A DNA stretch of 62,936 nt, counting the filler, from Platydemus manokwari (Eukaryota), in NCBI GenBank assembly GCA_037951405.1. It is 6 parts of 6 records of this genome, joined end to end, with 100 filler letters (N's around TTAATTAATTAA, not from the genome) between each part and the next. Parts side by side here need not be neighbours in the genome. Positions count along the whole stretch, not along the records: positions 11,845 to 21,957 come from JBBMOY011167658.1; positions 22,058 to 34,714 come from JBBMOY010024458.1; 4 more parts are not named here. One strand, 5' to 3'. Position numbers and translations under genes: made by a program. The notes under the pieces are model-generated. The model worked only from the letters and a program-made list of their open reading frames with translations. It made no database searches and was not told where the DNA came from. This document shows, piece after piece, positions 12,937 to 24,295 of this stretch; position 1 is the first letter of the stretch; the number at the start of each line of letters is the position of its first letter.

Positions 12937-14143
12937 TCAATTATTCCCAACCATATCAACTTTGGACAGGTCAAAATCGGTACCCTTGAAAGGAGAACCC
13001 TCAACATTCCAAGCTTTACGTAATGTTTCATTGATTTTCTGAATGAGAAAAGTTTCAATTCAATCGTGTATTCATCCAATGAAATATCACCTGTTGATCA
13101 CTGGTTGGCATTCCGAGTTGTTTTTGTTGATTGTCATACATTAATTTGTGAATCTTAGCTTGGGCTTCATCATCTAAATCCGACATGGGACGACTACAAT
13201 CGATTTTCCGAGTATTAATCGTTTCTTCACCAATGAAAAGTGCATCCCACCAACGTTCTTGAACCTTTTCGATAGTAATTAAAATTTTATTCTCCTTACG
13301 ATCAAGTGACCAAAACACATCGTGTTTCTTCACTTCCCAACACAAATCAGCAGATACCACCGAAGTGAATTTATTTTCGATTTTATTATGATAAGAAACA
13401 TTTATATGTTTTTTATCAACTGTAACTTTCACCTCTTTACTGCTAGATACGGTTTCAGGAAGCTAAAGATGACATGCTGTAAACTTTAACAGAAAATAAT
13501 TTAGTATACACTTTTACGCGGACATCTAATTCACCAATTGTCTGACTCCATGTATAATTATCTCTTACAGCTCCGTTGTAGGATTCGGCATCGGCAACAT
13601 AAACAGATCTGAATAATGAAATGTTGATAATAAAAAAAAAGTTAACATACTCATTATCCGTTGATAAACTTTTCTCAACAATTTTCGAAGAATCAACTTT
13701 TGGTTGAATTAAACAATCTTTGGGACTAGAAACATTTAATTTAGATTCTGGAAACTTATCAACTTTGTTCACTAAATTAAAATAAACAACAAAAAAATAA
13801 ACAAGAACAATACTTTCAGGAGATTCGGTTGTCATTTCAAAAATGCTTTGATGTTTCTTAAAAGCCTATAAAATAATTATAAAAAAAATAATTGATGAAA
13901 GATTTTTACATTTAAAACTAAACTTTCAGCTTTACCAGCCTGGAAACCCATAACTTGTTGACTGCTATCCATTATATAAAACAAATCAGTCCTTAACTCT
14001 ATTAAGATAAAGTCCTATAACAATCACATTTACCTTCTTCTTAAGAACCCAAATAATATATCCAAAAAATTAGGAAGAGTATTAACTTGCTGAATAATAC
14101 CTAATAAAACATTATCATATTTTTCATCATTTGCGAAATCCAT
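12937..14143 (-). CDS. NUDCD3: NudC domain-containing protein 3 (NudCL); complete, 7 exons: 14143-14034, 13991-13910, 13865-13814, 13771-13651, 13608-13512, 13462-13091, 13038-12937
   Basis: N-terminal YDNVLLGIIQ...FLDILFGFLRRRTDLF; CS/p23 domain SYNGAVRDNYTWSQT..ELDVRV; WWDALF.GE..I; LDDEAQAKIHKLMYDNQQKQLGMPTS; C-terminal LRKAWNVEGSPFKG typical of NudCD3. All six introns are GT-AG, 42-52 nt and phase-compatible. Confidence 0.93.
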
Positions 14144-14789
14144 TTGAATTATCATATATTTAAAACAAGCTTGAAAATTCCAAAAACAAAATTTCAATTT
14201 AAAAAATTTTACTAACAGACCGTAGTTTTTAACTTTTTTACCATTAATCATAATAAGGTGTTTTTTTATAGTTGATTAATCAATTTCCTTACATGATGCT
14301 GAATATTGACATTTAAAATCTTTATAATAAATTAAAAAATATTGATTTTTATATTTATTTATGAGGATTACTTAATTTCAAATTAATTGACCCAATATTA
14401 GGAAATTTGATAAAGTGCATTTGAAATCAGACCTAGTATCGAATTTGACTAAATTTATCTTTCGAAAAGAAAGCCTAGACACATGTGTGTATTTTCTCTT
14501 TAAGTTAAATTTATTGTGTTAAAATAAGTGTGTTATTTATTTGCTTCGTTTAATAACAGTTAAGTTTTTTTTAGACAATTGACCGTTTTACTTTAAAGTA
14601 CATACATATATATGACAAAAATTGTTTATTAAGTCTCCTATTGTGACCTTCATACTTGTAACATGACTGTACTTTGCATTTCATTGGCTAATAAACTAGT
14701 TTTAATAAATCGCTTTAATTTGTTGAAGTAAATTATGAATGGAATTTAAATAAATTTATTTAAATTTTAGCTAAAGAATTACGATTTCA
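14144..14789. promoter_or_regulatory. Candidate bidirectional promoter between NUDCD3 and the NR0B-like gene
   Basis: Head-to-head start codons about 650 bp apart; TGACCTTCA (14644-14652) and a reverse CCAAT (about 14683-14687). Confidence 0.45.
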
Positions 14790-17700
14790 ATGTTCATAAT
14801 TAAGTGAGTGATAATTTTGTATATTAATTTTCATTTATTTATCATCCATTTGATCTGAAATTCAAAATAATTGATTGTAACATTGTAGACTTGGCGCTGA
14901 AGCACTATCTATCAAATCTGGTTCCATAGAAAAAATCGAAGGAAATTCTGTTGGATCCAATAGCGATATATCAACCAATTCTTCGACTATTCCAGATTCA
15001 ATTTTCGATAAGGATGCGAACTTGTTGAAAAATCTTCTTAATGGCTGTCTGGTTGAAAGCGCACTTTTATCACATGAAGATACGAACGTTAAGAGATGTC
15101 AATCTGCATTTTTTCAAGATATTAAAACCGAAGTCTCTAACAATTTCCACAGACCCAGATCTGATACAGTTCCTCAGAGTGGTGTATATTTATCAACTAA
15201 CAAATTAGTCGACAACAGCTGTACAAACCGAAAACGAAAAATTCACGAAATCACAGAAAATAACATATCACCCAAAAAAAGTATTTTGTATGAATCTTTA
15301 ACAAAAGAACCAAATCAAAACGACATTATTTCTCAAATCCTCTCTACAAATTCTAACAAAATAATTATTCCAAATAGCTTTATCGACTATCATCCAAATA
15401 ATCTTTTGAAATCAGATCCATCACTTCTGCAGAAAAAAGACATTTCGCAAACCCCCACATCATCTATGAAATTGTCACAGCCCACTATATCTAATGACGA
15501 AACCAAACGTTTGCGTCAACAGATCAATTCACTGTTGAAAAAAATCATGCAAATAATCAAATACTACTCCAATTACTCTTCAAGTTCAGAAACGCGAAGA
15601 CTGAATTTCGTGGCAGAATTATGGCATAAAATATTGGTTTTGATTATTGTACAGATGGAACCAGAAAATTGTCGTTTTTTGTTCCGTTGGCTGTTGTTAT
15701 CGGTTTTCAATGGGAGAGATGAAATCGGTTGCAGTAGACGTGATCAAATTTTATTAATGGAAAAGTTGCAGGAATTCGTCCGATCGTATATTTGGTTGAA
15801 ATCAAACAGCGAAATATTTCATTGCATTCTATTTTGGTTTATGGGGAAATGTAGGTTTTTGTACTTTTATGTTTTGTCCATTATTGATATCAAATTCTAA
15901 ACGGTCATTTTGTCAGCAGAAATCATTATTGATTATATTTATATATTTAATCGTCTAATTATATTGGATTGTAAAATTATGTGACGCAAATAAATTTCGT
16001 AATATTTCATGGATATATTAGATTTGAATTTCTGAAGTTTTGTTTATATTGATATTGTTTGATATAAAATTTAAAATTATAGTTTATTATTCATTCGAGT
16101 CGTAACGATATTTTAACAAAGCAACAGTTTTTTTTTCAAAATTTATTTCGTTCCCATATTTTTGTTTTCTATTGGACTTCAAGATAGTGTTTTTTTACCA
16201 AGCATTCGGTCTATAAATTAATTATTAATTGGTCTATTATAGTATGATGACTAATCATTTCTAAGTTCATATTATATCTGATTATATCTTTCTACACATT
16301 TTCCATTATTGATAATAATAATAATATTAAAGGGTATTTTTTATTTATCGGGTTTAAAAATCCTCTTTAAAAGTACAATTCAATTAATAGATAATTATGA
16401 AATATCACAACAGCAAATGTGATAAATTGCACTTTGTTTAAGCCAGCTGAAAATTTGTTGAAAAATAAGAGGCTGAATTTCATTTTGAAATCGTTATAAT
16501 TGGAAAAATAGCACAGGAGTTGTCCTTAATAATATTTGGCGGTTTAATTCAACGTAATTTTTGAACTATGGCAATTATTATGTTTTCTTTTTTGTAAAGT
16601 CTCTCTTGAAATTATTTTAATTTTTTTGATTTTTAGAATCTAATTGTTTTTATTATATAACGATTTTTAAATTTTGTTGTTTAGTTTTCTTGAGATCTGT
16701 TGTTGATGTCATTAAAAATATCAAAACATCGATTATTATAAAAAAACTATTTTACAAAATATTAAATTTTAACCGGACCAAATTAAATATAAATACAAGA
16801 GAAATTTTTTGCTTGTTAAAAATTCTATTTACTTAAATATTATGATCAACAAATGATTGATAAGGTGTTGTTAAGCCTTTCGTACTTTTGGAATTGAAAT
16901 TTACTTATAGTCTAACTTTAACTATTTATTTTGAAATTTGAAAAAGTTCAAATTAGGTGAAGTAAAATAAATAACAATTTCATATGTAAGGATATTCAAA
17001 TGTCAAATATTTTCAAATTGAAATATTAATTTAATTAAACGAATAAAAATAAAGTATTAAAATTTTAATGATTAATGATTATGTGATGTGTTAAATATTC
17101 AAGGTTTAGGTCAAGATTATCACGAAACTTGTATCATAATGCCAACACATGTTTCTTAATATTATTAAAGGAAGTTCGGAGACAAAATGACAGCTGTTTT
17201 GTATCTGTAGATTCATGAATTGTAATGAATATATTAAATTTATTATTTAATTAAAATTTATTGAATAATAATCAGTAATTTATTAGAGAAATTATCGAAT
17301 AACAAATAATAAGAATCATTAAAATTCACTGAAGTGTTTTAGATATTCACGTGCTATTTTTATTAAAGTGATTGCAAACTTTGTTAAATATCGAAAGTTA
17401 ACTGCGTTAATAAAATTAGATAATGATTATTATTATATTTATTAAATACGTGATCAAAATGGAACAACAAATTCTTTTTGATTTAATTAATACTTCAAAT
17501 TAATATATAAAAATCTAATTTTTTTATTTGATATTAAATAATTTTAAATTTTTTATGATGTGGTTATAAAATGTAAAAATATATTAATTGATTTTAGATG
17601 GATATCCAGATGTGTTTTTTATGTCTCATGAAGTTATCATTTGTAAATTGAAGAATTTAACGGTTGATAAAATGCAACTGGAATCGATATTCAAACTTAT

Positions 17701-17803
17701 CCAAGATCTATCTGAACTAACTGAAAATCATATGAGGCAATTGTTTTGCCAACATTTACCAACTGACTGTTCGATGGCTGAATTTCTCGTTCAATGGACT
17801 TGA
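14790..17803 (+). CDS. Orphan nuclear receptor lacking a DNA-binding domain, NR0B (DAX-1/SHP)-like; exons 14790-14803, 14889-15850, 17598-17803; about 393 aa
   Basis: Phase-compatible GT-AG splicing. C-terminal half is colinear with the SHP/DAX-1 LBD by eye (LLKKIMQIIK...LWHKILVLIIVQ; MEKLQEFVRSYIWLKSNSEIFHCI; LSELTENHMRQLFCQHLPTDCSMAEFLVQW). N-terminal LxxLL-like boxes LLKNLL and SILYESLT; no C4 zinc fingers. Confidence 0.72.
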
Positions 17804-19254
17804 ATCAGTCGAATTTTTAAAGGACGCCTTATTTCTTTTTTTTTAAAGATTAGTTTCATTATTTGTGAATTTTTTTTCTTTCTGTATATATAAATTATGT
17901 CTGTTTTGTCAATAGTTAATTTATGTTACGAGTTGTTAGACTGGCGTTGACCTAGTTATTATCTAGGCTCCCAAATATATGCTGTATTTTATACTTTTAT
18001 ATTTTAATCGTGCAACATATTTAATAGATTTATGATTGTTTTTCTTGAGCATTTTTCAAGATTACTTGATCAGCTATTATTTAAACTTTAAATAAACAAC
18101 CCGAAAGAGTCGGACGATCGATTTCAATAACATGCCTGTATTTGTGAATAAATTACCATTTAGAGTACATTTCAATGCAGAATTTAGTGCGTACTTAACA
18201 GCATATTGACAAACAAATAATGGATGTAAACAGTTTTATATAATTAGACTTGAATGTTGTTTCTCTGCGCTTATAAGTTTAAACAGAAAAATCAATTAAG
18301 ACCTGAATTCTCAGATCAAGCATGTTTTTTGATTTGAAAAATTAGATTTATATTAAAGTTTTCGATAGAAAAATAGATAATATTTTTTTTAATAATTTTT
18401 ACTTATTTTACTAATGCTAAACCGGAGATGTTTATATGTTAGCAATTGATTTCACATCTCAAACGTAAATAGAATTGATCATATGGATGATGAGATCTCA
18501 TTGATGATAATTGGAATGATTCATTAGATTATCGATTTTTAAGATTTTACTAATCTTACACGTAAGTGAATTTATGTGTAAATTGATAATGGATTTCTGT
18601 TGATTCTTCTTCATTTATGATTGGCCCATTGTTTATAAAAATGAGTTTTCTTTTTTAAAAGCTTTTTAAATTCCATGCTTGTTCTTTCACGAAAGAGATT
18701 TTAAAAAATACCAAATATTATTATTTTGAATCATTCTACAATCTGGGTTCATATTAATCCTCTTCCATTTGAAAAACAGGACTGCAAAAATTATAATTAC
18801 AAAAGGATAAAACTAGGATTTTCATGATTTCTAATGGGATTTAACTATTGATCCATCTTAATAACTGTTGAACGTGATGTAATAAACTTTCGTTAATCAT
18901 AAGTTAATTCGAATATTCTTAAGCTATCGGCTCAGTTATTAATGGAAATTAAGTTCATCTGATTAACTATTAAATATCTAAGCATTTCATTCAAAAAATA
19001 AACCTTTTTTAAAATAAATTCCCATCGACATAGACTTTATATTTTATATGTTAATCCTTCAATAAACTTTAATGTACGAATCACTTTAAAAGATTAAATT
19101 TTCCTTGTAAATAAGTAGTTATCTTCTTTCTATGATTTAATTTGACTACAGTTTGTTTATTGTTTTTTCAGGTCATGTTATTGATGAACTCATTATCATT
19201 TTACTTAACATTCTTAATCTGCAACTAGCTGTTAAAGTTTTTCACAGAACAACT

Positions 19255-19268
19255 GTAGCCATAGCAAC
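19255..19268. promoter_or_regulatory. RFX X-box-like motif GTAGCCATAGCAAC
   Basis: Matches the GTHNYY-AT-RRNAAC X-box consensus; single motif only. Confidence 0.3.
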
Positions 19269-19662
19269 GGGATTATGATATTAATCTACAGACTAAAATC
19301 TAAAACATTTATTTTATTTCTGTTTTTTAGTTTTATTGAAATAATGATATGTATAAATTGTCAAATAGTTTCTATCGTTGTTGATATAAGGCACTTGTGT
19401 TGTTGTGCTTATTTGTTTAAATTTTACTGAGTTTTTTAAATAACAATACATATTAAGAAGTCCTTTACTTTCTATTTTGAGTTGATCTCTATCAAAGGTC
19501 AATAAAAGAAGAATATGAAAGTACTTTCAATCCCTAGATCGTTTGGAGCATTTATCTTATCTCAGATTAAAGTAGATTTTGTTGATTATTAAAATGACTT
19601 ACTTATTTAAGCTATTTTTTACTTGGATTCAATTTTAAAAATTGATTTATCGGCAAATAATC

Positions 19663-19702
19663 ATGCATTGCGCAACATTCTTGTTTATTATCATATTTTT
19701 AG
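19663..19702 (+). CDS. Possible first exon encoding a signal peptide (MHCATFLFIIIFL|G); rest of gene not found in the contig
   Basis: ATG, hydrophobic run, then a phase-1 donor G|GTAAAA. Confidence 0.25.
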
Positions 19703-21957
19703 GTAAAAAACAAATTTTCATATAGTTTCTTGGCTATATTTTTTTAGTAATTTAAGAAATTCAAAAAGGTTATCGAATTTAAATAATAGTGGTGACGGGA
19801 GATTTAAATTTAATAAATAATTGCACAATTATTTTTAATTAATTGAATAAAAATCAATCAAGTTGAAAAATTCTTCTGTTTTAATACATCGTAATTTGTT
19901 TCATTTACGATTTTATAATAAATCAAACTTTGAAATTGTTTCTTAAAATAATAAGATTATTTTAAATAATCGATTTGAATACGAATGGTTAACAGTTTAA
20001 GATAAAAATAGAATTGACAATGAAATTCGTTATAGTTATAATATTTTTCCGAAATAATCAATATGCATAAATGTAAAATTTGTTCTTGATGATTTAATTC
20101 TAGAATTATTTTACAGAAGTTCTACAGAGATAAATTTAGACAATCCTCTTAAAGCATTATAATAATTTCTAAGTTTCATTATAAGCAGTAATGTGATTTG
20201 ATATTTTTTATCAACATAACATTATTAATCACATGGCAAAACCAGTACTTAGTTGATTGATGTTGATAATATTAATAATTTTAATCACATTTATTTTTAT
20301 ACAACTGGACCAATCAAATTTCAAAGTCTTTTAAATTTATTTTTCGAAACAGTAAAATGAAACATAATCTAGATTTAGTTTGAACTTTAAGCGAATCCAA
20401 AAAATCAACTTTCGAAATTAATTCATCTTATTATATTGTTGATTTTTTTTTCTAATTGGTCTGATTATATTTCGTAAATATCAATCTCTCAATTAATTTA
20501 AACATCAAGCTAATTTGTTTTGGATATTAATCAACGAATCATTTCTTTACCAATAATTTTCCATGATTAATGGGCAAGCATTGCAATTGAAATCTGAGAT
20601 AACTCTCTAATTTAAATATGTAAAATCAAATAAATAAACGGATTTCTTGTTTTCGTCGGTTATCATGGTAATATAAATTATTTAAAAAACCAATTGATAT
20701 AAAAACTTAGGAAATTGTTGCTTATGTTTAATAATTTCTCTATAAGTCAATGAGTTAAGTGACTAATAATATATAGCCATAATATAAAAGATCAATTCAT
20801 CAAGTCATTCTGTTCAGTTTGTAAAAAAAATTTAAAAAATTATTTTGACAAAAAGCCAATCTGATAGACATTTATCAGTGTAACTAGCGATTCGTATTTG
20901 TATCTACTTTTCAAAATCATTTCAAAAATTAAAGTTCATATTGTGAGGTAAATAATTCGATATACTTTTGGTTTCTATATATATTGACCAATAAGAATAT
21001 TTATGAGACAAAATCGTTTGAAATACTATACTGTTTATTGTGCAGATGCTATCGACAGTTGCAACCAATCAATTAAAATGGTTAATTTCACATTTCAAAG
21101 CATTAAAATAGTAGTACACAAATCCAAATTAAAAGCAACTACTTCAATATACAAATTTGAAATGGTATTTTTATTGTTTTCTAATTTTCTCTGATCTACC
21201 ACGTTAAACTGCACACAAAAATTATATTTTCTATTATTATAATAAAATTTGTTCCACTGAGTTCGTTGTTGAAGTTAGAGTATCAGATTGTACTTAATGG
21301 AATAAATTCAGTTGTGATTCTACGCTATTATACGAAGTAGAAACTATTTATTATGCATAGAACAAACCAAAATTAAGTTATTTACTTTCTAGTAGAATTA
21401 ATGTTATAATTTTTTCTGATTTGAGAGATAAAATTTCATTTTTAATTTTTTATAGTATCACAACAGACCCAGAATTATTAGGTTAACAGATGTTAATAAT
21501 AATATTCATTGAGAAGTCGCCAAATGAACTGATTTGTTTTATAATATCATAATTAATGCTTATCAATACAAAAATCTATTGAAATGATATCTTATTAAAT
21601 TTGTTGTGAGAATTAAAGGTATAATATAGAATTCCATAAAATTTCGAAAAAGAAATTTCTGTAAAAATATTAAAAGCCAATTAGAATATGTATTTCGTGA
21701 GATGAAAGTATAACTGTGCATTTAGCACAAAATCATTTTCTGTAAGTTTCTATGTTGTATTCAACTAATATAAAATTATAAACAATTTTCAATAACGCTA
21801 AGTTTAAATTAAATATTATTATTCAGTAACATAACTACCAAGTAAACCAATAATTCACACATTTTTGTTATAAACTATATGCTAATATGTCTGACATTTT
21901 CAATTTTCATTGTTAAATGTATTTTCATAATTTCATACAATTTGTATGTAAATTATT

Positions 21958-22057
21958 NNNNNNNNNNNNNNNNNNNNNNNNNNNNNNNNNNNNNNNNNNN
22001 NTTAATTAATTAANNNNNNNNNNNNNNNNNNNNNNNNNNNNNNNNNNNNNNNNNNNN
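21958..22057. other. Artificial contig linker
   Basis: N44-TTAATTAATTAA-N44. Confidence 0.97.
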
Positions 22058-22419
22058 TAAACATTGGATAATGTTAACTTGATTCCTTGATTATTCAACA
22101 ATTTAATCTCACTATAATTAAATTTAATCTTTGATTAATATTAGCATGTAATATACAATAACTTCATTTTTGACTAATTCATTTTTTATATTGATTTTAT
22201 AGTCAAACTTAATACTATTAATTTACTGTCAAATGTTAGTAATATAAGTAGATATAAAAATATATTCGTAAACACAAGATTTTTTTTCTGAATAAAAATT
22301 AAATATTTTAATTTTCTACATCTAATCTAACACACACAAACACGAATTCAAATGGCTCGTTACCATTTGTCGCATACTAACTTTAGCCAACTAAAACAAT
22401 CGCTTAGACAGACAAAATT

Positions 22420-24295
22420 ATATAGATAAGATTAACGATAAGGATTATGCAAGCATGCCTTCCATACTAATACTACATTTATTTAATACTATCAGTAAAC
22501 TTGAAAACTTAACAACTAATGAAAATATCCGATTGAAGCTATTGTGTGTGTATTGGTTTGTATACATGTAAGTGTTTATGCAAAATATGATGTCTATGCA
22601 ACTCTTATCAGTAATTCTCTCCCTCTTTATTTCCTTCTATCAACTGATAATAAAAGATAAGAATACACTGGCAAACACAATTTCAAAATTGTGATTAAAA
22701 AATAGGCTGAATTAAACATATCAGAATATTCTTCTCAAGGAATCAGCTAAATTTCGCAAGTATGTCAAAATATCGAGGTAATTTTCATATTTTTCAAGCT
22801 TCTCTTAATCTTATTTGTAACACTATTATTAAATTTCTATTGTAAAATTGTTTATTTATTGTAAATACCAATAAAATTTGATAAAGTATTTTTTCGCTTG
22901 AATTATATGACAGATCGATTGACAATTTATATTTTTTAATAATTTAATATTGAAATCGATTTCTGTTTTTTTAATTATGGAAATTTTTTATAATGCTAAG
23001 TAAAAATTAATTTCAACCCAACGAAACTGAAAGATATATCTCGGATATTTATTAATCAGAACTTGTACATTCTTACCAACGCAAATCAAAAGGAATTATC
23101 ATGATCTGTAATCTCTCATAAGTCTGTTGTTTTGATTGTCGCCAGCGCCCTCTTTCATCTTTGGTTAATGATAAAAGATGTTATCTTATCAGATATTAGA
23201 CGCCTAACCTTATTTCAATAACACTATTTTGCAATATGTATCTCTATGCATCGATATGAATGCTAATCAATTTTAGAAAAAAAACGAAGCAATTTCACAT
23301 TAGCTAAATCTGGGATATATTTTTTAATGATTTATTGAAATGAAACGCAACCGAATGTGTATATATTGGCATTTTTGAAAGAATTTCGAAACTCAAATCG
23401 TTTCTTGTCAATTGAGAGATTCGCTTCCATTTTTTGTGATCGTCCAGATAAGAAAATTTTCACCGAACTAGAAATTGGGAAATTGTAGATACAATCTAAC
23501 TGTCATTATCGAAATCTTTAAGTTTAATACTACACGCAATATAAATGGGCACATAAATCTGATTTGTTTATTAATTATCTATACGATTATCTACATTTCT
23601 TGGATCATCCATTCAGTATCACCACCGAAGCAGATAAAACGGCCGAGTTCTGCTTATTTGCTTAACTGGCTTGTTTGTGGTATTAGAAATTACAAATTAA
23701 ATAATGGTTATTATAATTTTAAAATAACTCAGCTAATTTAAATGCCACTGATAAAAACTAGATTTTATAAGATAACATTAAGCAGTTGTTCGTTGATATT
23801 CTTATATCTATTCAATTTATTTCAGTCATTTTAATTATATCTGATAATAATTGATAATTACTATTAAAAATGACGAATGCTATTATCTTATCGGATAACA
23901 CAACAATGATGAACGAAACTTGCTTATGTCTATATTATTCTACAATTATCACTTGATAGGAATAATTTCAGTGATGGCCATTTTTGTCCATGTTTATCCA
24001 CAAAAAAATTAAGACAATCTCCTTTGTAGAAAGAAAAATATTAATTTAATTGATTTTAACAAAAAAACATAGACACATTATGATAAAGCAGAGAATTTTC
24101 ATGTTTTTGATCAAAGATGTGTGCTTATCTCTCAATCGGCCATAATCACCCAGTTGACAAAAGTATTCCATTTTGTTTATGCTATCAAATGATCATTATC
24201 AATGAATGTCATCTTTTTATCATTTTATAATCTTGTTTCGTTATTTATTTACGAATGAACTGGAAAGTAATTATCTATGTATTTTCTAGATAAAG
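22420..24295. promoter_or_regulatory. Dense cluster of GATAA/TTATC motifs around the FOG 5' end and putative intron 1
   Basis: About 30 sites by manual count, including overlapping doublets and triplets (gttatcttatcag; attatcttatcggataac; tgataataattgataa). Confidence 0.55.

Noticed and set aside
23475-23741. ORF containing PPKQIKR, resembling FOG N-terminal PRQIKR
   Set aside because: No preceding MSRRKQ and no convincing splice donor; AGATAA in it is better read as part of the GATA cluster.
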